Virus record (IMG/VR): IMGVR_UViG_3300032233_002069
Coordinates: 1 to 57,706 of that record
DNA length: 57,706 nt
Origin: a virus
Taxonomy: Duplodnaviria; Caudoviricetes
Strand: one strand, 5' to 3'
The notes under the pieces were generated by a model, which was not told the origin of the DNA, ran no database searches, and saw nothing but the letters and a program-made list of their open reading frames with translations. Positions 16,859 to 25,266 of this stretch are shown piece by piece; the first letter of the stretch is position 1, and each line of letters opens with the position of its first letter. The position numbers were made by a program, and so were the translations under genes.

Positions 16859-17644
16859 TCACTTGACCTCCAGCACTACTTCCTGACCACGACGCACCCG
16901 ACCGCGCAGGATGTTGCCGATCGACATCCGCGCACGACCGATATAGCCACGGGTGCCAGTCATGTATTTCTCGGAGTCAATACCATTCAGGGTCGCCAGT
17001 GCAATAAGGCGGTCCACATCCAGAGCGTCACCCGACTTCAGCACTATCTCCAGCTGCGCGGCCATATCGTCGCCACAGTTATTCGTATTGCCACGCTCGC
17101 GGTAGATGTCGCGATACTTCTCGCGCACCACGCTGCCGCTCGGACCCTGGTCTTCCTCTTCTGCGTCTTTCAGGTCGGCTGCATCCTCGTTCTCTTCCGT
17201 GACGACCGGCTTGATAGCAGCTTTCTTGGCCTTCGGCTTCGCGGAGGCAGTAGGCTTCTCGGCCTTCGGCTTCACCGCCCTCAATTGCACCAGCTCCTCG
17301 GCCTCCTGGCGCGCGATAGCCTTATCGACCGCACGAGACATGACATCATCCAGATCGGATCCACGCAGATGCTGACCACCCGGAATGGTGATGGTATAAA
17401 CGCCAGTAGCCGACTGCTTGATCTCCAAGCCATATTCCTTGGCGTACACGCGAGCCTGATACACGGCCTGCAGGGTATTCTTGGCATAGGTGCTCACCGG
17501 AATGCCGTCGGGATTCGGGAAGATCCAGTCGGATTCGGTCCCAGGGAAGATCTCACCGGAGACCGTCACGCGACCAGTGTGGTCGGAGGTGAGGGTCAGA
17601 CCCAGGGTGGCAGCGCGCTTAATGGTGTTGTGATGGATGGACAT
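16859..17644 (-). CDS. First early gene, hypothetical, with Lys/Ala-rich linker
   Basis: AGGAG RBS; promoter at 17683..17715. Confidence 0.75.
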   Translation of the reverse strand: MSIHHNTIKRAATLGLTLTSDHTGRVTVSGEIFPGTESDWIFPNPDGIPVSTYAKNTLQAVYQARVYAKEYGLEIKQSATGVYTITIPGGQHLRGSDLDDVMSRAVDKAIARQEAEELVQLRAVKPKAEKPTASAKPKAKKAAIKPVVTEENEDAADLKDAEEEDQGPSGSVVREKYRDIYRERGNTNNCGDDMAAQLEIVLKSGDALDVDRLIALATLNGIDSEKYMTGTRGYIGRARMSIGNILRGRVRRGQEVVLEVK

Positions 17645-17682
17645 TCTAAATCTCCTATGTGCCGGTGTTATTCACCAGAACT

Positions 17683-17715
17683 TTTATACCACAACGTGAA
17701 TGGGCGCACAATATA
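17683..17715 (-). promoter_or_regulatory. Repeated promoter copy (TTGTGC-17-TATAAA)
   Basis: Read directly. Confidence 0.7.
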
Positions 17716-17872
17716 TTATGCTAACAAGGGCATTGTAGGACAAAAAGCGCTGCCAAGTGCACACATCGAAACACCGAGAAAATGAGAGTCAGGGGGGCTG
17801 CAGATAATTGACAGGCGGAAAGAATGCCCGGAGAAGGCCGAATTTCGGGGGGTCGAAGCGCAGAAGCCGAGA

Positions 17873-18094
17873 AGACCTGCACACATATGCACATTGCACA
17901 TATGTCTCCGGATACACGGTCCCTCACACGCTTCTCGCCGAGACCCCCTTTCTCTTTTTTTCTTTTTACTCTTCTTCTTCTTCTTCTTAAAAAAGAAAAA
18001 AAGTGTATCCGGGTTGTGTTGCAGCTTGCGCGCAAGAGCGGGAAAGGAGACGTATTTCCGGGAGCATGTGTGCAGCGTGCATGTGTGCAGGTCT
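17873..18094. repeat. Inverted-repeat-flanked polypyrimidine element 1 (candidate origin/pac region)
   Basis: agacctgcacacat...atgtgtgcaggtct 14-bp perfect IR, TGCAC iterons, CT-rich core; at the strand switch. Confidence 0.65.
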
Positions 18095-18176
18095 AATCGG
18101 TTTAATTGTCATTACGATGCGCTTGTGCTAGTTTACAAGAGCATTGTTACAATTCGTGATTTCAGGGGTATCTGAC

Positions 18177-18467
18177 GTGTCAAAGGACATAGATTTATCA
18201 CTCCTTCCATCTTCTAGACCTGAAGCTTTAGAGACGGGTTTCGCGAGGTTTTATACTGGTCGCCCATGCGTTAGAGGACACATGGCTCCTCGTTATGCTT
18301 CGTCTGGGAGCTGTTGCCAATGCGTGAATCACAAAACATGGGTTAAGGAGCAGCGTATTCGCAAGGCTGCTCGGGATCTGGGCATTCCACTTAAGGAATA
18401 TCGCAACAGGAGGGATGCTAAGGCTCCTCGCTCTGATTCGTTGCGTTCCTGGCTTCTCTCGTGTTAG
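18177..18467 (+). CDS. Zn-binding protein (FYTGRPC..GH...RY...CxxC; resembles HNH-associated N-terminal domain)
   Basis: Motif recognition; start uncertain. Confidence 0.6.
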   Translation: MSKDIDLSLLPSSRPEALETGFARFYTGRPCVRGHMAPRYASSGSCCQCVNHKTWVKEQRIRKAARDLGIPLKEYRNRRDAKAPRSDSLRSWLLSC

Positions 18468-18493
18468 TGTGATGCTCTAATAGAGCTGAACTC

Positions 18494-19027
18494 ATGCCAT
18501 CTGATTCAGATAAACCTGTTAAGCATAGTGCACAAGGGGTCTCCGGTCGTAAGGCTATGGGGCTTTCGCTGGTGCCTAGCTATGATCCGGCCACACCTCT
18601 GACTTACAAGCCTACTGGTGTTCAAGCAGTCAGTAAAGCGTTCGACGATGATCAAAAGAAGGTGTTCCTGTCTTCACTTTCGGAATTCCCCAGCACAGCC
18701 ATGGCCGCTCGTGCAGCTGGCGTGTCTATGACCACAGCTTATAAGCACAAATACAAGGACGCTGATTTCTCTGAAGCTTGGGACATCGCGATTGAGATCG
18801 GTTACAACATTCTAGAGGCTGAGGCTATTCGGCGCGCGGTGATGGGGGTCAAAGAAGACGTCTATCACAAGGGTGAAGTGGTGGGGCAGGTCACCAAATA
18901 CAGCGACACGCTGCTGGCCTTCCTGCTCAAGGGTCGTCGTCGCGACGTGTTCGGCGACAAGGCTAATGAGAACAGCGAGGATGCGTCCATCACCATTCGG
19001 GTAGTCGGTGGTCTTCCTGATGCCTGA
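18494..19027 (+). CDS. terS: Terminase small subunit
   Basis: HTH AARAAGVS, LEAEAIRRA, YSDTLLAFLLKG; precedes terL. Confidence 0.8.
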   Translation: MPSDSDKPVKHSAQGVSGRKAMGLSLVPSYDPATPLTYKPTGVQAVSKAFDDDQKKVFLSSLSEFPSTAMAARAAGVSMTTAYKHKYKDADFSEAWDIAIEIGYNILEAEAIRRAVMGVKEDVYHKGEVVGQVTKYSDTLLAFLLKGRRRDVFGDKANENSEDASITIRVVGGLPDA

Positions 19028-20312
19028 ATTAGTGGTGCACTTACCTGAACTTCATTCGGGGCAGATTGGTGCACTCAGGATGATGGATGCCGATAACAAA
19101 CCCGCTCGGTTCAGAGCGATCAGGTGTGGGCGTCGCTGGGGCAAAACATCGATGGCCAAGACCCTGGCTGGCGACAGGATTCTGAAAGGCCGAATCCAGG
19201 GTTATTTCGTTCCGGCGTATAAATATCAGACCGAGATCTACGACGAATTGCTTGATATGCTGCGCCCGGTAGTGAAGTCGCACAATAAGACTGAGGGTGT
19301 GATTCGGTGCATAACGGGTGGGCGCATCGAATTTTGGACGCTCGAAAACGACAGTGCCGGTCGCTCGCGCAAATACCACGACATATACATCGATGAGGCA
19401 GCATTCACTAAGCCCAACATGATGGACATATGGAACAGAGCCATCCAGCCCACGCTGCTCGATTTCAAAGGAACCGCGACGGCACTGAGCAACGCGAACG
19501 GTGTCGATTCGGAGAACTTCTTCTGGCGTATATGTAACGAGCCTGAGCATGGATTCGTCGAGTTTCACGCTCCCACTGCCAGCAATCCTTATATGCCGCA
19601 AGAGGAACTATCGCGACTCGAAAAAGAGCGTCCTCCTCTGGTCTGGAAGCAGGAATATCTGGCCGAGTTCGTGGATTGGTCGGGTTCACAATTCTTCAGT
19701 CTCGACCATCTGCTCGAAGAGGGTCAGCCTATCGAGTGGCCTTCGAAATCGGCTGGTGTGTTCGCTATCATCGACAGCGCCACCAAGACCGGCAAGGAGA
19801 ATGACGGGACAGCGGTAATCTACTGCGCCAAGAGCATTCTCGGCGCCAAGCATGAGTTGGTGGTTCTCGATTACGATATTCAACAGATCGAAGGTGCGCT
19901 TCTCGAACACTGGCTACCGAATGTGTTCCGACGTCTGGAAGAGATGGCGGTCGCATGTAAGGCGCAGATGGGCAGCTTGGGTGTCTGGATCGAAGACAAA
20001 GCTTCCGGCATGGTGCTGCTGCAGCAGGGTGCTAGGCGCGGCTGGCCCACTCACGCTATCGAGAGCAAGCTCACGAGCGTCGGCAAGGCTGAACGAGCGA
20101 TTTCGGTATCGGGCTACGTCTATCAAGGCAAGGTCAAATTGACCAGACACGCTTACGAGAAGACTCTGAATTACAAGGGTTCCACCCGCAATCATCTGAT
20201 GCATCAGGTGCTCACGTTCAATCTCAGCCTGAAGGACCAAGGCGAGGACGATCTGCTTGATGCGTTCTGTTACGCTATAGCCATTGCCTTAGGCAATCAG
20301 GAGGGTTTCTAG
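19020..20312 (+). CDS. terL: Terminase large subunit
   Basis: CGRRWGKT, YIDEAAF, IDSA, IEDKASG, DDLLDA. Confidence 0.92.
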   Translation: MPELVVHLPELHSGQIGALRMMDADNKPARFRAIRCGRRWGKTSMAKTLAGDRILKGRIQGYFVPAYKYQTEIYDELLDMLRPVVKSHNKTEGVIRCITGGRIEFWTLENDSAGRSRKYHDIYIDEAAFTKPNMMDIWNRAIQPTLLDFKGTATALSNANGVDSENFFWRICNEPEHGFVEFHAPTASNPYMPQEELSRLEKERPPLVWKQEYLAEFVDWSGSQFFSLDHLLEEGQPIEWPSKSAGVFAIIDSATKTGKENDGTAVIYCAKSILGAKHELVVLDYDIQQIEGALLEHWLPNVFRRLEEMAVACKAQMGSLGVWIEDKASGMVLLQQGARRGWPTHAIESKLTSVGKAERAISVSGYVYQGKVKLTRHAYEKTLNYKGSTRNHLMHQVLTFNLSLKDQGEDDLLDAFCYAIAIALGNQEGF

Positions 20313-20488
20313 TGTCTCCATTTCAAGTGCTGGCAGCAGCTCTAGCTACGAGGGGCGTTCACGTGTCTCCAAATGTCATCGCAGATGCAGCTTTCGCGGC
20401 AGGCGTTGTCGTTACGTGTACTACAGCTCGCAGCGTCGCTGATCACATAGCGCATCACGCAGCTCTGTCGAAAGAGGTGTCACCGTAA
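20312..20488 (+). CDS. Small hypothetical protein (58 aa)
   Basis: Hand-found GTG..TAA ORF exactly filling the terL-portal gap. Confidence 0.45.
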   Translation: MSPFQVLAAALATRGVHVSPNVIADAAFAAGVVVTCTTARSVADHIAHHAALSKEVSP

Positions 20489-21900
20489 TGTCTGTCATCA
20501 ACGTAGCCACATCCAATCTCGGCGGATCTCTGCAGCAGCTGCTTATGGCAGACGAGATCATGCCTGGGAGCGACGCCTCCTACCAGACCTGCAAGACCAT
20601 CTACGCCTACCATCCTCTCGGCAGGAAGATGGCCGACGCTCCCATCACAATGGCGCAATCGCAAAAGCGTCAGATCAGCGTAACGAATGCTCCTGAGGCT
20701 CGCGTTCGTGAAGCTTTCGAGGACGAGTGGACGCGCATTAATGCGGATCTTTACATCGCCCAGGTCGCGAGCGTTGCGCGCATTTACGGTGTGGGGTCGA
20801 TCATCGTAGGCGCGCGGGAAATCGATCCCGAGAAGGAGCTTCCGCTCGATAAACTGGCTGATCTGTCTATCTATTTCAACGTGTTGGACCCTCTGAACAC
20901 TGCGGGCAGCTTGGTGCTGAATCAGGATCCGAATGCTCCTGATTTTTTGAAATACACGTCCATCGCCGTGTCGGGTCGCGTGTATCATCGCAGTCGTTCT
21001 GTCGTGATCATGAATGAACGACCCTTGTATATTGAGTACACGACTTCGGCATTTGGCTATGTTGGCCGGTCGGTGTATCAGCGCGCTCTGTTCCCATTAA
21101 AATCGTTCGTGTCCACTATGATAACGGACGACCTAGTAGCTCGCAAGGCGGGTCTGATCATCGCCAAGCTGAAGGCGCCGGGTTCCATCATCGATAACGC
21201 TATGCAGCGCATGGCGGGTGTGAAGCGCCAACTGCTCAAGGAAGCGCAGACCAACAACGTGATGTCTATCGACTTGGCCGAGAGTATCGAGAGTCTGAAT
21301 CTGCAGAATGTGGATGGCGCGGGGTCGTTCGCGAGGACGAATATTCTGAAGAACATTGCCACTGCTGCCGACATGCCAGCTAAGATTCTCGAAAACGAGA
21401 CCATGGTCGCGGGCTTCGGTGAGGGTACGGAAGACGCTAAGAACATCGCGCGCTACATCGATGGGATTCGCGAGTGGCTGACACCCGTGTATGCCTTCTT
21501 CGACGAGATCGTGATGCGCCGCGCATGGAATGAAGACTTCTATCGGACCATTCAGGCTGATTTCCCGGAATATGCGGACGTCTCCTATACCGACGCATTC
21601 TACCGCTGGAAGAATAGTTTCGAAGCCACATGGCCTTCGCTGCTGAAAGACCCGGAGGCTGACACCAAAGCGGAAGATGTTCGCCAGAAGGCCATTCTGT
21701 CCATGGTGCACATGCTGTTGCCGCAAGTGGATCCGGACAACAGGGCGCGACTGATCGAATGGGCAGTGGACAGTGCGGGTGAGAATAAGACCCTCTTCCC
21801 ACAACCCCTAATTCTGGATTATGAAGCGCTCAAAGAATTCGAGCCTCAGCCTACTCCTCAGGGTGGAGGTGGCTTAGCTCCTATGTCGGACAAATACTGA
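20488..21900 (+). CDS. Portal protein (DUF1073-like)
   Basis: Size and position; VYHRSR, FGYVGRSV, IATAADMP. Confidence 0.85.
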   Translation: MSVINVATSNLGGSLQQLLMADEIMPGSDASYQTCKTIYAYHPLGRKMADAPITMAQSQKRQISVTNAPEARVREAFEDEWTRINADLYIAQVASVARIYGVGSIIVGAREIDPEKELPLDKLADLSIYFNVLDPLNTAGSLVLNQDPNAPDFLKYTSIAVSGRVYHRSRSVVIMNERPLYIEYTTSAFGYVGRSVYQRALFPLKSFVSTMITDDLVARKAGLIIAKLKAPGSIIDNAMQRMAGVKRQLLKEAQTNNVMSIDLAESIESLNLQNVDGAGSFARTNILKNIATAADMPAKILENETMVAGFGEGTEDAKNIARYIDGIREWLTPVYAFFDEIVMRRAWNEDFYRTIQADFPEYADVSYTDAFYRWKNSFEATWPSLLKDPEADTKAEDVRQKAILSMVHMLLPQVDPDNRARLIEWAVDSAGENKTLFPQPLILDYEALKEFEPQPTPQGGGGLAPMSDKY

Positions 21901-21908
21901 GATACGCG

Positions 21909-22187
21909 GTGGTGTTGCTGCACCCTCGCGTTACTGCCGGGCGGAAAGGGCTGCCTCTTCCCGTTTCGCCCGGCAGGCCTGAAGAGGAAGAACTGGGGCG
22001 AATTGCTCATCGCAGGTCAGAGGCTGACGCTCTGAGACGAGAAAAAGAGCGATTGATGAGAGAGTTCTTCAAGCTAGGTGTGGCGATTTCTAATCGCGGT
22101 TGGTTCGGTGATTCTAAGAAGCGTCTAGACAAGTTGGATCGAGATCTAGCGGATATCGATCGCAAAATCGAGGAGACAGGTCAGTGA
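21909..22187 (+). CDS. Hypothetical protein
   Basis: ORF track; start uncertain. Confidence 0.45.
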   Translation: MVLLHPRVTAGRKGLPLPVSPGRPEEEELGRIAHRRSEADALRREKERLMREFFKLGVAISNRGWFGDSKKRLDKLDRDLADIDRKIEETGQ

Positions 22188-22996
22188 CCTTCTACGAAGT
22201 AATTACTGCAGCTGTTCGCGACATATCCGACAACGGTTATGATCCGATCAGGGTGGACCAGTGGTTACAGGAAATCGAGGAAGCTGCAAAACGTGATCTA
22301 GTCTCGACTGATGTTCTCGATCGCACATTAAGGGCGTCGCTCGAAACACTGTACAAGCGCTATGTCGAGCGTGGTGCTCTGCTGAAGTACAATCCTGGCG
22401 TCACGCGTTACAGCCTCGACAAAGTGAAGCCAAAACTTCGCGCGGAGCTTGATCGTCGCATAATGGCATCAGCTCAGTTAATCAAAATGAATCGTGAAGA
22501 AGCGATTCAAAAAACGCTGCGACGTTTCGCCGGGTGGTCCACTTCCATTCCTCAAGGAGGTTCGGAGGTGGTGGATAAGAACGAGGTGAAAGGCGATATC
22601 AAAAAGTCGCTCAAGCAATTGCCGTTCGAGGAACGACGCGTTCTGATCGACCAGGGCCACAAATTCACTTCGGCGATTTCGGAAACGCTCGCGACCGATA
22701 ATGGCGCGCTCGCTGCCGTGTGGCACTCGAACTGGCGCCAGCGTAACTACAACTATCGGAAAGACCACAAAGAACGAGATCAGAAAGTATACACTGTTCG
22801 CGGCAATTGGGCGCAGTCGAAAGGACTGATGAAGGCCGGTCCGTCGGGTTACGTGGACGAGATCACCAAGCCTGCTGAAGAGCCTTTCTGCCGATGCCAT
22901 TATGAATGGGTCTATAACTTGCGCGACTTGCCTGACGACATGTTAACTGATAAAGGACGCGACGAGCTTTCGAAGCTGAAAGGCAAATCGAGATGA
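22184..22996 (+). CDS. Head morphogenesis protein (MuF / SPP1 gp7-like)
   Basis: DQGHK, W..R.DH..RD, PAEEPFCRC. Confidence 0.85.
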   Translation: MTFYEVITAAVRDISDNGYDPIRVDQWLQEIEEAAKRDLVSTDVLDRTLRASLETLYKRYVERGALLKYNPGVTRYSLDKVKPKLRAELDRRIMASAQLIKMNREEAIQKTLRRFAGWSTSIPQGGSEVVDKNEVKGDIKKSLKQLPFEERRVLIDQGHKFTSAISETLATDNGALAAVWHSNWRQRNYNYRKDHKERDQKVYTVRGNWAQSKGLMKAGPSGYVDEITKPAEEPFCRCHYEWVYNLRDLPDDMLTDKGRDELSKLKGKSR

Positions 22997-23292
22997 GTTC
23001 GATTGATAAAGCAATTGCTCGAATCGAGAAGACGTTGGCTTCGGTGCGCTATGATGGTGCGCCCAAAGAATGGCAGTCGAAGGCCGGTGGTCTGACCGAA
23101 AAAGGTCGGAAAGCTTACAATCGCCAGACTGGCGGCAATCTGCAAAGACCCGTCAAAGATCCTGACCATCCGCGACATAAGGCGTTCTGTGCTCGCATGA
23201 AAGGCCAGAAAAAGAAGATGACCGGCACCGCGACAGCTCGCGACCCGGAAAGTCGCATCAATAAATCCCTCCGGCGTTGGAATTGTCACTGA
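22993..23292 (+). CDS. Basic protein with shared leader + DUF6321-like domain
   Basis: GGLTEKGRKAYNR...FCARM...DPESRINKSLRRWNC. Confidence 0.7.
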   Translation: MSSIDKAIARIEKTLASVRYDGAPKEWQSKAGGLTEKGRKAYNRQTGGNLQRPVKDPDHPRHKAFCARMKGQKKKMTGTATARDPESRINKSLRRWNCH

Positions 23293-24131
23293 TGAACATG
23301 TTATCCAAAGCTCTCGATCGCATTAAAGCGACTCTTTCCAGATCCGATGCCGAATGGAAGGAAGAGGACCACCCTCGCGGTGAAGATGGCAAATTCGGTT
23401 CAGGTGGTGGCGGAGCAGCAAAAGAGAAAAGCTCGAAAGCTGCCAAGCCGAAAGCTAAGAAATCAAATGTGCTCACTCCAGCCATGGCGCTGAAAAATAA
23501 AACATGGCACGAAGCAACATGGCACAATAACACCAAAGCATGGGATGATGCTCCCATCATGGTGCTAGAAGCCATTCAGAAGACGGGTGAATTGAATACG
23601 GTCACCACAGATCCTGGAACCAACAGCTACTATCGTCGCAGCAGCAAAACTATCAACATGGGATACAAGCCCGATCCAAAAGACCGAAAGGCCGTAGTGA
23701 TATGGCGCCATGAATTCGGTCACGCCATGGATTTCAATGGTGAAATGGAACCTCAATCGCTTAAATGCGCGAAGATGATGGAATATGACGCTAGAAATCA
23801 GGAAGCGATTGTGAATAGCTTCTATTCTATGCTTATGCCGCGAAGAAAAGATGATGAGTGGATGGAAAGCGAAGGTTTACTATTAGCCGATTTTGTGTGT
23901 GCTTTGACCAATGGTAGGGAAGGCTGGGGACATTCGAAAGACTACTTTTCCGATGTAAGCAATCGCACTGCTGAGATGTTCGCCAATTATGTTGCTTTAA
24001 TCAGTGGCCCTGACGGCGACGAGTATAAAGCGGTGCTTACTAAAATGGCTCCGGCTACGTGTCTCGGATTTGATGGCATTCTTCTCCACATGGGCGACCC
24101 GAAACGCTATGGCAAGATGAGGAAGTCTTGA
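23292..24131 (+). CDS. Leader + HPRG motif + zincin-like metallopeptidase domain
   Basis: RHEFGHAMD (HExxH), GHSKDYF...EMFAN. Confidence 0.7.
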   Translation: MNMLSKALDRIKATLSRSDAEWKEEDHPRGEDGKFGSGGGGAAKEKSSKAAKPKAKKSNVLTPAMALKNKTWHEATWHNNTKAWDDAPIMVLEAIQKTGELNTVTTDPGTNSYYRRSSKTINMGYKPDPKDRKAVVIWRHEFGHAMDFNGEMEPQSLKCAKMMEYDARNQEAIVNSFYSMLMPRRKDDEWMESEGLLLADFVCALTNGREGWGHSKDYFSDVSNRTAEMFANYVALISGPDGDEYKAVLTKMAPATCLGFDGILLHMGDPKRYGKMRKS

Positions 24132-24189
24132 GCATTGCTCCTACAATACCCTTGTGCTACAGTGTTTGGCTTTAAAGAGGAGAGCGGAT

Positions 24190-24444
24190 ATGTCTAGAAT
24201 TACGGATGTCATCAAGAGGATGTACGCGACTGTGCGCGCGGATGCCGAGAAAAGCCCCTTTGAGGCCATCGAAGCCTATAAGAAGAAATTCGGGTCAGTC
24301 CCGACGTTGGTCGGCGTTCCGGTGCCACTGGAAAAGATGGCTGCAGTGCTGAGCAAGGCGCTCGAAAGCGATAAAGCTCTTACTGAGGACGAATGGTACA
24401 AGGCTTTGGATGTGAAGGCGCCACCTCCAGGCGTCTTGACCTGA
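24190..24444 (+). CDS. Leader-bearing small hypothetical protein
   Basis: GAGGAG RBS; upstream TTGCTC-17-TACAGT promoter-like sequence. Confidence 0.7.
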   Translation: MSRITDVIKRMYATVRADAEKSPFEAIEAYKKKFGSVPTLVGVPVPLEKMAAVLSKALESDKALTEDEWYKALDVKAPPPGVLT

Positions 24445-24462
24445 ATCGGAACCGGCTTTGTT

Positions 24463-24645
24463 GCTCACCTGCACACCTCTCACATCTGCCGGAGACACGG
24501 TGGGTAGCTCACGCCTCGCGCTTATCTCCCTTTTCTCTTTTATTTTCTATCTTCTTTCTCTTCTTAGGGTAGAAAAGTGCAGCAGGGTAGTGGTGCACCG
24601 GGGCGACCGGGTATCTGACAAGATGTGTGATGTGTGCAGGTGGGC
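24463..24645. repeat. Inverted-repeat-flanked polypyrimidine element 2
   Basis: cacctgcacacctctcacatct / agatgtgtgatgtgtgcaggtg IR (20 of 22 match) around a CT-rich core. Confidence 0.65.
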
Positions 24646-24732
24646 GACTCTTTTGAACATGATCAAAAGAGAATACTTGCATTTCAGCACGAAATTTGCT
24701 ATCGTATAAATGCCTGCATTCGAGGAATATCA

Positions 24733-25263
24733 ATGCGCACCATAGCCGACTGTTACGCCAGAATTGAGAAGACCCTGGCCAAAGGCATGTCTCGCTCTGA
24801 TGCTACCTGGGAAGAGGGCAAGCACCCTCGCGGTAAGGATGGCAAGTTCGGATCTGGTGGCGGGTCTAGCAAGTCCTCTTCTTCGAAGAAAGAGACCTCT
24901 GCTGCTCCTGAAGCAAAATCGGAAATTTCCGCGAAAGGCGCCAGGAATATTGGCGGTCACATCACTGAGACTAAATATCTCAAGGATGCCCTTGAAAAGA
25001 GCATGAATAAAGACGGAAGTCTCACACCTGCTCAAGCCAAGGACATGAAAGAGCGTTGCGAGTATGGCGCCGGATTGTTGTATCAAGGGATCGAAGAGAC
25101 CATTGATATGGAAGTTCGGAAAGGCGCGAAAGAGAATGGCTCAGCGATTAAAGAGCTTCTTGCCGCTCAAGAAATTCTAAATAAAGCTGAATACACCTCT
25201 GATGATTTCACCAAAGTGATTCAGCACTTGAAAGACTCCAGAATCGCGAAAAAAGAAGCCTGA
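24733..25263 (+). CDS. Leader + HPRG motif + unknown helical domain
   Basis: GAGG RBS; WEEGKHPRGKDGKFGSGGG. Confidence 0.75.
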   Translation: MRTIADCYARIEKTLAKGMSRSDATWEEGKHPRGKDGKFGSGGGSSKSSSSKKETSAAPEAKSEISAKGARNIGGHITETKYLKDALEKSMNKDGSLTPAQAKDMKERCEYGAGLLYQGIEETIDMEVRKGAKENGSAIKELLAAQEILNKAEYTSDDFTKVIQHLKDSRIAKKEA

Positions 25264-25266
25264 TTC

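Noticed and set aside
17716-18175. Short ORFs across the strand-switch region
   Set aside because: Low-complexity translations of the inverted-repeat/polypyrimidine element; likely non-coding.
20488-21900. Anti-CBASS Acb1 label sometimes attached to DUF1073 proteins
   Set aside because: No appended phosphoesterase domain with HxT motifs; size and position fit a portal only.
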